The notes under the pieces are model-generated. The model was given only the letters and a program-made list of their open reading frames with translations, was not told the DNA's origin and made no database searches. Shown piece by piece: positions 1 through 12,584 of a stretch of DNA of 64,000 nucleotides (positions within the stretch are counted from its first letter, which is position 1; each line of letters opens with the position of its first letter). Origin of the DNA: Eledone cirrhosa (lineage: Eukaryota); contig OZ024755.1 in assembly GCA_964016885.1 (NCBI GenBank), positions 23,932,001 through 23,996,000 on the forward strand, read 5' to 3'. Position numbers and translations under genes: made by a program.

Positions 1-30
1 TAACTGAATATCATTCCATGTGCTAATTTA

Positions 31-147
31 GATAATTGTTTCTACTTTTGGCACAAGGCCAGCAATTATCCCAGTGCATTACTGGTACTTTATTTTATCG
101 ACATCATAAGGATGAAAGGCAAAGTTAACCTCGACAGGATTTGAATA
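31..147 (-). mobile_element. tRNA-derived SINE family A, 3' part
   Basis: Reverse complement of the family body GCCTTTCATCCTTA..GTCGATAAAATAAAGTACCAG..GGCCTTGTGCCAAAAGTAGAAACAATTAT, which occurs about 20 times in the window. Confidence 0.8.
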
Positions 148-1106
148 ATGATTTTAAATATGGTATGGTCAGTGTGGGAATTGAACCCACAACATTCACT
201 CTAATCAACTGAATTTATTTCTTTTAAAAATATACATCAATAACATTACAAATTACTCAAAATTCTTTGAGAATGAAAATATAAACTGAAATATAAACAC
301 ATACAAGGGCGGTGCCCCAGCATGGCCTCAGCCGGATGGCTGAAACAGGTAAAAGAGTAAAAGAGTATATAATAAATATGATTAATTATTGCTAGGAACC
401 TCACAAATACAACATACCAAAATATATGACGAGAACAAGAGAAAATAAGGGAGAAACAAAAGCAAAAACGACCATCAGGTGCAACAATAGACCGCACGCC
501 ACATCATAAAGGTGAATGGTAATAAAACTGGTCTTTCATTATTTTGATTTGAGAAATTAAGGACACACATATGTACACAAGCATTTGGAAATAGTTCATA
601 GATATAAATTAATAGATTCTTCTATTCTTTGAGAGGTTTCAGTATCTAGATTGCTGCCATGCTGGGGCACCACCTTAAAGCCAATTATATCAATCCTAGT
701 GCTTATTTCTTTCAAGCCCGATACTTACTTAGACAACCCCTTTTTATCGATATGTTGAAATACTGGACACAAACACAAACACAGATATGGAAATACACAA
801 ACACACAGTTACAGACACACACACGAGGAGCTTTTGCAGATTCCATATATCAAAGCAACCTCCTTTAATGCTAATTAGGTCACCAAGGTAACGAATGCTA
901 TTAACTACTTCTATGGGACCTGTATGAGATTAAATTAAGTATTTCATCAGTGCTCTTATTACCAGCTATCTGTGTGCATCTGCCGCAGTGTACATCCTAT
1001 ACTACTCCTTTTCTGTATTTGGAGCAGGGCCACTTCTCTGATGAAATCAGTCTTGTCTTCTTTTCTTTATATCTGTGTACATACATACATACATACATAT
1101 ATATAT

Positions 1107-1299
1107 ATAGGAACCAGTAAGACCCCGACAGCTGAGCTCAAGCCGTTTCGACGGCTAATTCTGGACCAGAATTAGCCGTCGAAACGGCTTGAGCTCAGCT
1201 GTCGGGGTCTTACTGGTTCCTATTACCCACTCTACTACCTCAAGTATTGAGTACTTTGGTGCGTTATGGTCCACCTGGTTCCTTACCACACTTCCTTCG

Positions 1300-1301
<2 letters not shown>
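1107..1301 (+). mobile_element. Hairpin-plus-tail mini-element in (TA)n (putative Penelope-derived)
   Basis: Perfect 58-bp inverted arms 1107-1164 and 1166-1223 plus a 78-nt tail, flanked by TA repeats. Relatives at 21604, 26121, 36591 and 44588. Confidence 0.75.
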
Positions 1302-1346
<45 letters not shown>

Positions 1347-1399
1347 AGTGTGTGTATGTATGTGTGTTTAAGGTGCTCACTTCACAACGTAGTCAACCA

Positions 1400-2310
1400 G
1401 ATAATATATGATGTCATACCTATTAAATGGTGTATAAGTATCCTCATTGACTGCTACAAGGTCAAAGGAGTTGCTCTAAAAAGGAGCAATTGCAGGAATA
1501 TGAAATTGATGGATTAGGTTAAGAAAGTAAGAGAGGTTTAGCACAAATGATTAGAAACAGAATTAGTTTAAATGAGAAACAGTTTGGGTTTGTGCCAGGA
1601 GAAAGTACAACTGACACCCTTTTCTTGAGACAACTACAAGAGAAGTTCTTAGCCAAGAGTAAGCCACTATGCTTAATATTTGTTGATTTTGTGAAAGCCT
1701 TTGACAAAATACAACGCTCTTTAGTTTGAGGGGCTTTAAAAAACTAGACATAGATGAATGGCTTGTGAGAGCAGTGCAAGCTTTGGACAGAGATACTGTC
1801 AGTAAAGTTAGCTGGTTAGAAGTTCAGTGAAGAATCTATTTAGCAGGTAGCTGTGCATCAGTGTTTGATACTCAGTCTCCTCCTGTTTATTACAGTTCTC
1901 CAGGCTATTACAGGGAAATTTAAAACTGGTTGTCCATGGAAATTTCAGTATACTCATGACCTAGTTCTGATATCATATTTGTGGAAGTCTGAAGGAAGAA
2001 ATTCCAGTTGTGGAAACAAAATCTAAAATCAATAGGGCTCAGAGTAAACTTAGCAAAGACCATAGTTTTAGTAAGTGGGGGAAAAGACAAGATTCTGAGC
2101 ATCTGAGAAATTAATGTTTTCCAATCAAGGAAAAGTTCTAGAGAACTAGTTCATATCTTTTGTTGCCTGGTTGATCTAATTAGCAGTGAAGGTGGTTGCT
2201 CTGGAAGCATAGTAGCTAGAATAAGAACAGGGTGGAAAAAGCTCTGCTATCTACTAACTCTGTTCAGAACAAAGAATTTCTCTCTTTGAATGAAATATAG
2301 ATTGTATAAA
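1400..2310 (+). pseudogene. Degraded RTE-clade LINE reverse transcriptase fragment
   Basis: Translation contains QFGFVPGESTTDTLFLRQLQEKFLAKSKPLCLIFVDFVKAFD and further broken RT motifs, with multiple stops and frameshifts. Confidence 0.85.
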
Positions 2311-2324
2311 ACTGAAGAAAAAAT

Positions 2325-2503
2325 AATTATTTCTACTTTTGGCACAAGGCCAGCAATTATCTCAGTGTATAACTGGTACTTTATTTTATCGACCCTGTAA
2401 GGATGAAAGGCAAAGTTAACCTCAGCCAGATTTGAACTCAGATCATAAAGGACCATAACTATGCTGCAAAGAATGGTGTACTGATACTGCCAATCCACCG
2501 AAC
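2325..2503 (-). mobile_element. SINE family A, full length
   Basis: On the minus strand: A box TGGCAGTATCAGTA, B box GAGTTCAAATC, family body and ATTAT 3' end. Confidence 0.8.
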
Positions 2504-2891
2504 TGAAGAAAAAATAATATCTCATTTGTAGAAATGCCAATTTTAATGTCACATGAAAATATCCGGAGAACCAAACATAAGTGAAGGACATTCACAACAA
2601 CTAATAACAAAAACATCTCTTTACAAAACAATAGATTATTAAAACAGATCAACCACCTGTAAATTCATTCTTCTCTTTTGTCAGGATGAGTGATTTTTAT
2701 ATGGGAATGTCACTTATTGAAAAACCAACATCATCATCATCATCACCGTTTAATGTCCATTTTTCCTAGCGGGTATAGGTTGTTGTTGAATATCTTTATT
2801 GCATCAGAGATCCCTAAACATGGAATCTTTGATCCCTCATCAACATCAGACATTTAAAAAGCTAAATAAGTAAATAAATATATCAGTAAAC

Positions 2892-3110
2892 AACTTATAG
2901 CATTTACACCAGCCGCATCCAACCAGAATTCTCTCACCACTTTCTGTTCAAACTGGTCATAACCAGCCACTCATACTGCTAAGTTATTGTTCTCAAAATA
3001 AATAATATCAAAATTTCATAGATTTGATATTATGTGTGATAATTATGTGAAATAAAGTCTTTATCATGAAAATACAATAGTAAATATAGAGTAATGTAAA
3101 TGTTAAAGGG
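2892..3110 (+). mobile_element. piggyBac-type MITE, degraded copy
   Basis: Colinear with the TTAA-flanked element at 42483-42703; ends TAGCATTTA...TAAATGTTAAAGGG. Confidence 0.7.
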
Positions 3111-3664
3111 CTAAACACTACAATATTTAATTTATTTTTATTTCTCATACAAATGTCAGATCGATGCCCAAAAGTTCAATTGAAACTTGGGTGGTCTCAT
3201 CAACTCGTGGGAGTTGATATTGATTATTTTTACAGCTTCAGAACAAAGAAATGAAAAGGGATGGTTGATGCATTAGTTAGGTCTTTTGGAGATAGTAAAG
3301 GAGTAAAAAAAATGGAAAGGGTTCTCAGTAGCCAGGGGCAAACTCACTTTTAGCTGCCCCACCTTAACGTTTTTGACTTAACTTGCCAAAAAACGCCTCT
3401 GTGTTTATGAAACAAAACCATCTGTTTTAAAGGGGTCCTATTTAAATAACAATCTTTCAACATGATTTTATATAAGAACATTATAGAAGAAGAAGAAACT
3501 GATAACTCCTTGTGGAGTCATAGAGGCACCATCATACAGCATGTCTAGGACACTTTTAAATCTGGCGGAGACCAACCCTCTCCAGGTCTGAATACAGCCA
3601 ATGTTTTCTATAGAGGAAGAATCGACCCCAGTATTGGACTGGTACTTTTGCACCTGGAAAGTCC

Positions 3665-3945
3665 CCCCCCCCCCCCCAAGGTAAGGTTGTTTGTGGAAGA
3701 CCAGCAGTCATCCATGCACACCAGCCTCCCCTCTCCACAATACTGACATTGTCCAAGACAAAGGCAATGGCCGATACAACTTAGCACCTGTAATGTCACA
3801 ACTCACTTCTACAGCTAAATAAACTGGAGTAACATGAAATAAAGTGTCTTGGTTAAGGACACAATACATCACTTGGTCTGAGAATCAAACCCATAACCTC
3901 CTGATAGCAAGACCAATGCTCTAACCACTAAGCTATGTGCCTTCA
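3665..3945 (-). mobile_element. tRNA-derived SINE family B
   Basis: On the minus strand: head GCTTAGTGGTTAGAGC..GGTTTGATTC, then TGTGTCCTT..CAAGACACTTTATTTCA (CORE/V-like central domain). Confidence 0.75.
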
Positions 3946-4074
3946 TATACACACACATATATATATGTGTGTATGTGTGTGCGTGCATGTATAAATATAC
4001 ATATGTGTATATATATGTATATGTGTATGTGTGTATATGTATATATATATATATGCATCCTTATATATATATAT

Positions 4075-4510
4075 GTGAGGGACCAGCCATAAAAGTTGAC
4101 AGCAGTGTGATAGATAAAGCAATTAAAGACATGAAGGTAGGGACAGCAGCTAGCATGGTAGGATACGTGCTAGTAAGCTGCATAGTTAACCAAGTGGATT
4201 AGGTTAGAAAGACATGAGTTGAGTATGCTTCAATAAATGTGTGATGTTAGCGTCCATGAGTGACATAGCATAAGTGAACTGAGGGAAAAACTTTGCATGA
4301 GAAGAATTGGATGTAGTGTGCAAGACTGCATTGGTATGGACATGTGATGCACATGGAAAATAACAGCTGCATAAAGAAATGCAGAGAAACTCCAGTGGCT
4401 AAAACCTATGGAAGTGGCAGACCCAGGGAGACATGGGATGAGGTTGTGAAGATCGATCTTAAAAAAACTAAACCTCACATCAGAAGTGGTGATAAGAAGC
4501 CATAGAAATC
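4075..4510 (+). pseudogene. Internally deleted RTE LINE fragments
   Basis: Translated pieces EGPAIKVDSSVIDKAIKDMK and a degraded R.WYGHV..RPR.TW.EVV..DL C-terminal region. Confidence 0.65.
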
Positions 4511-4722
4511 TTGCCAAACAAAGGTTTGGGAGGACCCTCAGTTGTGTCAAAGACATGACAACCTTCTCTGTACACCCAACAGAATGTAAGACCATACTTA
4601 AGCAAAACACATATCCCTGACCTGACTGGATAAATAGACCTGTCCAATCTTTGATAGCAGGGAAAGTGGATGTTAAAATGACAATGACGATCATGATGAT
4701 ATATAAATATACATATATATAT

Positions 4723-4876
4723 ATTTAATAGAGAAATAGCTTCTACAGGAACTGTTTCTTCTGAATGAAACAGTTCTAGTCCTGTAGAAGCCATTTCTAT
4801 ATTAAATATTTATACTCTGCTATGTATTGAGTACCTTACTTACTGTGGTTACCCCCGATTGAACCCAGGATAAACA
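4723..4876 (+). mobile_element. Hairpin-plus-tail mini-element in (TA)n
   Basis: Imperfect inverted arms about 4723-4778 and 4768-4808 around GTTTC..GAAAC, then tail TACTCTGCTATGTATTGAGTACC. A reverse tail copy lies at about 47480-47570. Confidence 0.65.
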
Positions 4877-4929
4877 TATATATATATGTGTGTCTGTGTC
4901 AAATTAAAATATAGAGTTAGAAACTCACA

Positions 4930-4974
<45 letters not shown>

Positions 4975-4983
<9 letters not shown>

Positions 4984-5107
4984 AAAAGGTAAACAGAAAT
5001 AACAACACAATCGGTATAGTGTATGGAAGAAATATATTAGATTTACACTTGAAATAGCAGGAAGAGGGTTTTAACGTTTCGAATGCTGGTCCTTCATCTG
5101 AAGAAAT
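4975..5107 (-). mobile_element. Copy of the 12035-12222 hammerhead-bearing element with a mutated core
   Basis: Minus strand reads TCTT-CAGATGA-A-GGAC-CAGC-ATTC-GAAA-CGTT-AAAA, followed by the same 100-nt downstream sequence as at 12125-12222. Confidence 0.75.
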
Positions 5108-5654
5108 ATCTATATATCATCATCATCATTTTATATTTACAGATATATACGAACGAGAAACAGTCAACCAACCAATCTTACCTCAAGTGGGACAATTGCC
5201 ATCTAACCCATGCTAGCGCGGAAGATAGAAGTTAAATGATGTTGATGATATATTAGTTTTGGCCTGTTTATGACAGGGTTAATAACTCAATGTGACCTTG
5301 GAAAGACAGTTTCAGCAAGATTAGGCAGTGAGTGCCATAATTTTTAGGTAGGTGATCATCATGTAAAGTTTCCTTGAAGACTTTGCTCAAGCTACAAAGT
5401 CATTTCTATATATCTGTGTATATTGAACAATGAAAATAAAACAAAAGTTGAAGATAGGTTGTTAATTAGTTCATTGTTTTACAATTGTTTCAGAGGGCTG
5501 ATTGATCACGGTAGATCATAGTAGATCAATATATTGACTAGCACTACTGACGTGTAGTGCTTTGGATCATTAGGACATGCTTATCATCAGGAAGTTACAG
5601 TGTAACAACTAGGATAAACAACACTCTTCTGAAACAATATATATATATATATAT

Positions 5655-5972
5655 ATATGTAGAAGTTATATTTAATTTGTTGGGATACAACAGGCAAATA
5701 TTTTTATAACTGATATAAAGCACTCAACAAATTATTGGAGTAAAAATACAATATATTAACAAATGGAAACTATATTTATAAAACCATATTTATTTCATTA
5801 TACATATTTCAAAGACACCAAAGCAAATTATGGTGCACTTTCATCAGATAAAATATAATATAGATCAGTTTTATAAACAAATATTGACACCCTTAAAGAA
5901 TGCGACCATTTCAGTTGGAAGCTCCCACCAGATAGTGGGGTTATATATAGTTTCCATTTGTTAATATATTAT
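5655..5972 (-). mobile_element. Mini-element with hammerhead-like core, inverted arm and ACTC/GAGTGC tail
   Basis: Minus strand has CTGATGA-stemII-GAAATATGTA at 5851-5798. Arm 5748-5775 is inverted at 5945-5972. The tail is also present at 9265-9385. Confidence 0.6.
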
Positions 5973-6148
5973 ATATATATATATATATATAGTAATAATA
6001 ATAAATTGCTTAAACTTTAATCTGTTATTATATAATTAATATATATATATACTGATTCTTCGTCTTCCATATTATCATACTCTGCTCTGAAGGAGCATAG
6101 AGTGCTGAACCGGCATACCTCCTATGGACGCATCCAAGCAACCTTACT

Positions 6149-6182
<34 letters not shown>

Positions 6183-6184
<2 letters not shown>

Positions 6185-6780
6185 GGTGGCTGCCAACTCG
6201 TTTTCGAGTACGGCCACTACTTTATATCCATGTAGGAGAACCCCTACCGATGCGCTGAACGACTGTGACTTTTTAGTCCAGCCGGCGACTTGAAAACTCT
6301 GGTACAAACACTACACTTGTGACAACTATTGGCACATAGTGCTGGGCCCATGGTACCATGTGATTACAAGTGCAGAGAGATCTCCAGATATAAAGCAATG
6401 CCTGTGCCGTGAAGCTTTTATAGTGAGCAAAGGCACTGCACAAAGCCAGTCCCACTCTCTTAACCAAGATGATATTTACCAAAAAGAAGAACAAGTCAAC
6501 ATCATTGGATACCATCAGGGTTGCAGGTGTTATATCAGAGTTTTCCTTCTCCTAGAATTCTGCCTTGACAAAGGCTAAGGAGTCATCTCTGCCGGTGATT
6601 TTGGATGGCCATTGACTCTTAAGAGCTCCTTTGCCCTTTGACAGGTTTTGTTTTTAGTCCTGCAGGATGTCCAAAGTCATCCTCCTCACCAAGAAACCTT
6701 GGTGGGGTTGCCAGTTTAGTCGCCAACGACCCGACCATGAGACAGGTTGTACTGGGATACATGTTACCAGTAGCACCAAC
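6183..6780 (-). mobile_element. Probable RTE LINE 5' non-coding region
   Basis: GC-richer block containing GTTTTCCTTCTCCTAG..AAGGCTAA, a motif I associate with RTE 5' regions; no ORF. Confidence 0.45.
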
Positions 6781-6781
6781 T

Positions 6782-6878
6782 GGTACCCCCAAACATGGAT
6801 AGACACTTTGATTACCTGTATAGGCAACATTTATTAGAATGCTGTTGAAGTGTGTATACATTCTTTGGGGGTACCCTG
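6782..6878. mobile_element. About 100-bp Tc1/mariner-type MITE
   Basis: Same internal sequence as 49437-49535; right end GGGGGTACCCTG followed by TA. Confidence 0.7.
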
Positions 6879-6894
6879 TATACATATATATCAT

Positions 6895-7368
<474 letters not shown>

Positions 7369-7756
7369 ACCTTCCGGTTATTCAGCCAACCGGAAGCTTA
7401 TGATAAATTGAAGTGGAAACCACCAGGTGTTTGTGTTTCTATTGGCCAAAGTATAACAATATATATATATATTGTTATATTTTCGGATGGTCATGTTGCC
7501 AATAGAAACACACGCACCATATAAATTTCTAAATAATATTTATTAGTAACCACACATCGCCTTTGTCACTTTTAATTCATATATATATGATTTGTTTTTT
7601 GGCTTAGGTGGTTAATGCCTTCTTAACCACTTTTTCAGTTTGTATGGCGTTTTAACATATTGTTTAGCACAATTGGAGCGCGTGTCGGCATTTCTACGAT
7701 TTTGCGTTTCGTTTCGCTTTTTCTACCAGTCAAAATACGATTCTCGCTGAATTTAC

Positions 7757-7800
<44 letters not shown>

Positions 7801-7949
7801 CAAGAAACAGAGGTACAAAATGTCTTAGTTTCAAGCTTTATATTGGAAAGAGGAAAGAAAGTTCGGCATGTCGGGATTAAGCCCTTCTTCAGGAGTACAA
7901 AACAGAGACAGGATCAGAAAAAAGGTCTAGTAAAGACACACAAAAAACG

Positions 7950-8000
7950 AATATATATATACATATATATATATACATATATGTATATACATATATATAC

Positions 8001-8049
<49 letters not shown>

Positions 8050-8128
8050 TATATACATATATATATATATACATATATATATATACATATATATATATAC
8101 ATATATATATATACATATATATATATAC

Positions 8129-8189
<61 letters not shown>

Positions 8190-8218
8190 CATATATATAT
8201 ATACATATATATATATAC

Positions 8219-8297
<79 letters not shown>

Positions 8298-8298
8298 C

Positions 8299-8329
<31 letters not shown>

Positions 8330-9115
8330 CATATATATATACATATATATATATACATACATATATATATACACATATATATATACACATATATATATAT
8401 ACATATATATATATACATATATATATATACATATATATATATACATATATATATACATATATACATATACATATATATATATACATATATATATATACAT
8501 ATATACATATATATAAATACATATATATATATACATATATATATATACATATATATATACATATATATATACATATATATATATACATATATACATATAT
8601 ATATACATACATATATGATTATACATATATATATATACATATATATATACATACATATATGATTATACATAAATATATATACATATATATATGTATATAC
8701 ATATATATATGATTATACATAAATATATATACATATATATATGTATATACATATATATATACATATATATATGTATATACATATATATATACATATATAT
8801 ATATATGTATATACATATATATATGTATATACATATATATATACATATATGTATATACATATATGTATATACATATATGTATATACATATATATATATAT
8901 ACACATACATATATGTATATACATATATATATATACACATACATATATGTATATACATATACACATACATATATGTATATACATATATATATATGTATAT
9001 ACATATATATATATATACATATATGTATACACATACATATATGTATATACATATATATATATACATATATGTATATACATACATATGTATATACATATAT
9101 ATACATATATATATA
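7950..9115. repeat. Compound (TA)n/(TACA) microsatellite, about 1.17 kb
   Basis: Directly visible; it accounts for all the YI/IH-rich ORFs between 7660 and 9154. Confidence 0.97.
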
Positions 9116-9219
9116 GTAATAATAATAACTTTGAAGACTAAAATTCAAAGATGAGTTAAGGATGAAAGCAGCGATTCTTTGCTTAAACTTTAATCTTATT
9201 TTAATAAATACATAAATAC

Positions 9220-9264
<45 letters not shown>

Positions 9265-9378
9265 ATTAATATCCATTTATTTAATATTGTAAATATACTC
9301 CAAATATTTGTCGAGTGCTTTTATATCAGTTATAAATATTTACTAGTTGTAACCCAACAATTTTAAATATAACTTTCC

Positions 9379-9417
<39 letters not shown>

Positions 9418-9533
9418 ATATTATATTATATTTTTGGTGCATTTGAACTTAATATCTGAATTCACTGATCGGAAATGTAATCGATCGACCAAATACAATC
9501 ACCACAGCCGGTACTAGAGTCCCAGGCATATGT

Positions 9534-9590
<57 letters not shown>

Positions 9591-9871
9591 CCTCGCCTGT
9601 CCAAACCATGCGTTCAAGTTTTAGTTTCGTTATTAATTATAATTCATCAGATAACGATTAAAAGTGACAGAATAACCCAAACAAAAACACAACTTCTCCA
9701 CCCCTCTCTTTAAAATACATACATACGTACGTACATACACACGTACATACATACATAAACACACACGTACGCCCATATATAAATACACAGAGACATGCAT
9801 GCTTGCATATATACATAAACAAACTTAAAGATCGCATCGAATATATTTATGTATGTATGTATGTATGTATC

Positions 9872-10108
9872 ATCTTAAATTAAGATGGTACGAGCACGTG
9901 ACAAGATCTTCAGGGCTTGCCAAGACCGTCATGCAGGGGACAGTACAAGGAGGAAGAAAGAGGGACAGACAGAGAAAGAGATGGGAGGACAACATCCCGG
10001 AATGGACAGGCATGAGGCTGGGTGGAACCATGAGGAAAGTGGAGAAGCGAGAGGAATGGGTGGAGCTGGTTGTGACGCCCCAACGGTCCACCAGACTACT
10101 GGACAGGT
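9872..10108 (+). pseudogene. RTE LINE ORF 3' end
   Basis: KLRWYEHVTRSSGLAKTVMQGTVQGGRKRDRQRKRWEDNIPEWTG is a typical RTE C-terminus. Confidence 0.88.
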
Positions 10109-10318
10109 ACATGCACGTACGTATGCATGTATGTATGTACGTATATACGTATGTATACATAATGCATGTATACATGCATGCATGCATGTATGTATGTAAT
10201 TATAAAACATGAGGGAGTTGAAGTCCTCGAACTTTGGTATATATATCCACAGGATAATATTGACAGACGACAAGGAAAATCAGACACACAGACAAAAAAA
10301 AAAAAGGAAGAATTTTAC

Positions 10319-10342
10319 CTGTTTTTTACTTCGTTCTTCCAT
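10319..10342 (-). CDS. Possible short first coding exon (MEERSKKQ) of an unidentified host gene
   Basis: AAAATGG start context, 8 codons and a CAG|GTAAAA donor, next to a CpG-retaining non-repetitive region. No downstream exon identified. Confidence 0.25.
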
Positions 10343-10399
10343 TTTAAATGGAATATCTTATCTATATTGGTAAGTTTTCCTTTACTTAGTAGTCCAGTT

Positions 10400-11230
10400 T
10401 ACAGTAATTTCGGAGAAGACTTTATCGGGGATCCGACGGGATTTAGCTGTTAGTTTTGACAGACAAAACAAGCTAAGTAGGTAAGTAAACCTAAGGCCGT
10501 GACGGATGTTTTCCTAGTGAAGAATCGGTGAAACGATCCCCTATCTCCTGCTACTACTGTGTACAACAAACACGAGTGTTCGTTCTAATATGGGATTCCC
10601 GTTTGTAATAATAAATAAGCGCGGCGCAAAGTTATTAGAGAAACAAACATTAAAGTTGGTGATTTGCTTTCGTAAAGTAAGTTAGCAAGAAATGGTGAGA
10701 GTGGGGTGTATATGCGTGCTGTCTGGCACCCAACTATTGTTGATGGTTCGTACGCAAAAATGTAAATATCCTGTGTCTTCTTACAGTTAATATATATATT
10801 TTGTATGTATGTACAGTGAAGTGTGATCCAGTCCTAAATCCTGGCACAGGTCGGCGTGTATTGAAGATTCTGTTTGATAAACTAAAACATGAACACAGTC
10901 AGTCTCTCTCTCTCCCCCCTTTTCTCTCTCGCCCTCTCTTCCTTCTACTCACTCACATTTAAGTAACAGATGGGTAACTATTCTGTTATAAGCTTCGTCG
11001 CTATGAGGGAAATAATAATGAGAAAAGTTAGTGGCGGTAAAAAAAGACAAGGAAACAAAAAACAAGAAAAAAAACAAGCAAGAGAAAGGCGATGGCGGGG
11101 AAAACGAAAGTAAGATAGAAAAGAAAAGAAAAAGAAAAGATAATATAAAACGCCTGTGTTCGTAAAAGAGGGGGAGGGGGGCTGGATGTACGGGGGACTA
11201 TGACGTACTCAGTAATCTGATTACAGAACA
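10400..11230. promoter_or_regulatory. CpG-retaining, repeat-poor region; candidate promoter or first exons
   Basis: Visibly more CG dinucleotides than the flanks, several GTAAGT donors (e.g. 10677), and no SINE insertions. Confidence 0.35.
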
Positions 11231-11498
11231 AAATTGGATTTTTCTGATAATTCTTAGTGTAGTTGTTGTTATTTTCTGTTGTTTGTTATATAATTCTTTT
11301 ATTCTTTTACAGATTTCTGTCATTGGACTGCTGCCATGATGAAACCCTTCCCTGCATTCAAGGGGTCTAGAAGCCCATATCGACCCCAGTACTTATCTTA
11401 ATCTAATGCCACTTTTATATCGGTTTCTATTTTTATGGGATCGGGTTTACGGGGACATGAAGGGATACCTCATAAACGACGCCGGTTTTCAGACAGCA

Positions 11499-11533
<35 letters not shown>

Positions 11534-11585
11534 ACCCCCCCCCCCACACACATACACAGAGAAACACACATATACGATGGTCTTT

Positions 11586-11631
11586 ACCTTAACCCTAACT
11601 CTAACCCCCAACCTGAACCCTAATCCTAACC
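11586..11631. repeat. Degenerate interstitial (TAACCC)n telomere-like tract
   Basis: CCTTAACCCTAACTCTAACCCCCAACCTGAACCCTAATCCTAACC. Confidence 0.7.
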
Positions 11632-12092
11632 TCAAGGGAGGGGCTGAAACGTCCAAGGGTGCTCCCCCTTCCTTTCCATTTTCCGGGGGGGAAGTGCTTT
11701 GCAGCACGTGTGGAGGTAAGATTTATTGGTATCACATGAAAAAACCGAGGGGTAAAGAAATGGTAACAAAAAACTTTGGAGATCCACCATACTCACCCCA
11801 ACTACGTTTTCCGGGGACAAGTCCTTTGCATATTAGGAGGTAAGTTTAATTGATAGCACAAAAAAAAAAAAAAAAAAATCGAAGACAAAAATTGTTTCCC
11901 ACAGAAATTGGTGGTGGTGGTGGGGGGGGGTTCTACAATAATACCGAATCCGTGACACAACAAATAGCTTTCTGGGTTCGTTCCTTCAGCACAACACCTT
12001 CAACAAATGTCTTCTATAACATTGAGTATATATAAACATTTTTTCCAATTCTGCCCCGCCCGTCCCTTCAATCTTTCTAATTTCTCATTCTT

Positions 12093-12128
12093 TCTTCTGA
12101 TGAAGGACTAGCGTCCGAAACGTTAAGA
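12093..12128 (+). ncRNA. Minimal type I hammerhead ribozyme (PLE-type)
   Basis: TCTT / CTGATGA / A / GGAC-TAGC-GTCC / GAAA / CG-TT / AAGA. It has the conserved core, a 4-bp stem II, a palindromic AACGTT stem III, and stem I TCTT:AAGA. Confidence 0.75.
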
Positions 12129-12225
12129 CCCTCTTCCTGCTATTTCAAGCGTTAACCTAATATATTCCTTCCATATACTGTACCGATTGTGTTGTTATTT
12201 CTGTTTACCTTTTACATACATATGT

Positions 12226-12261
<36 letters not shown>

Positions 12262-12584
12262 TAAATATAGCAGAAAAATTAACCCCAGTGCTGGATTAGT
12301 ATTTTTTTTTTTTTATTGACCCCGAAAGGATGAAAGGCAAAGTTGACCTAGTTAGGTTTTCAACTCAGGAGATATAGAGTTGGTTTGAATATCACAAAGT
12401 TTTCTATCCAACGTTCCACTGACTCTAGTCCTGGATTGGTACTTTATCTATTGATCTTGAAAAACGATGAAAGGCAAAGTTGACCTAGTTAGGTTTTGAA
12501 CTTAGAAAGTAAGGTGCTGGAACATATTACTTAAATATTTTTTAATCTGACACCCTAATTCAGCACACATGGAACATGTTTGGT

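Noticed and set aside
415-535. Hydrophobic minus-strand exon candidate ending in G|GTATGT
   Set aside because: No good acceptor, in-frame stops immediately upstream, and no recognisable homology.
7660-9154. Multiple long Tyr/Ile/His-rich ORFs
   Set aside because: These are translations of TA/TACA microsatellite on both strands.
9615-9655. Hammerhead-like CTGATGA..GAAA on the minus strand
   Set aside because: No convincing stem II or stem I. Similar isolated CTGATGA hits at 988, 14705, 27638, 42768 and 49554 were also discarded.
11586-11631. Chromosome-fusion or true telomere remnant
   Set aside because: Only about 7 degenerate units in one orientation; such tracts are common inside repeats.
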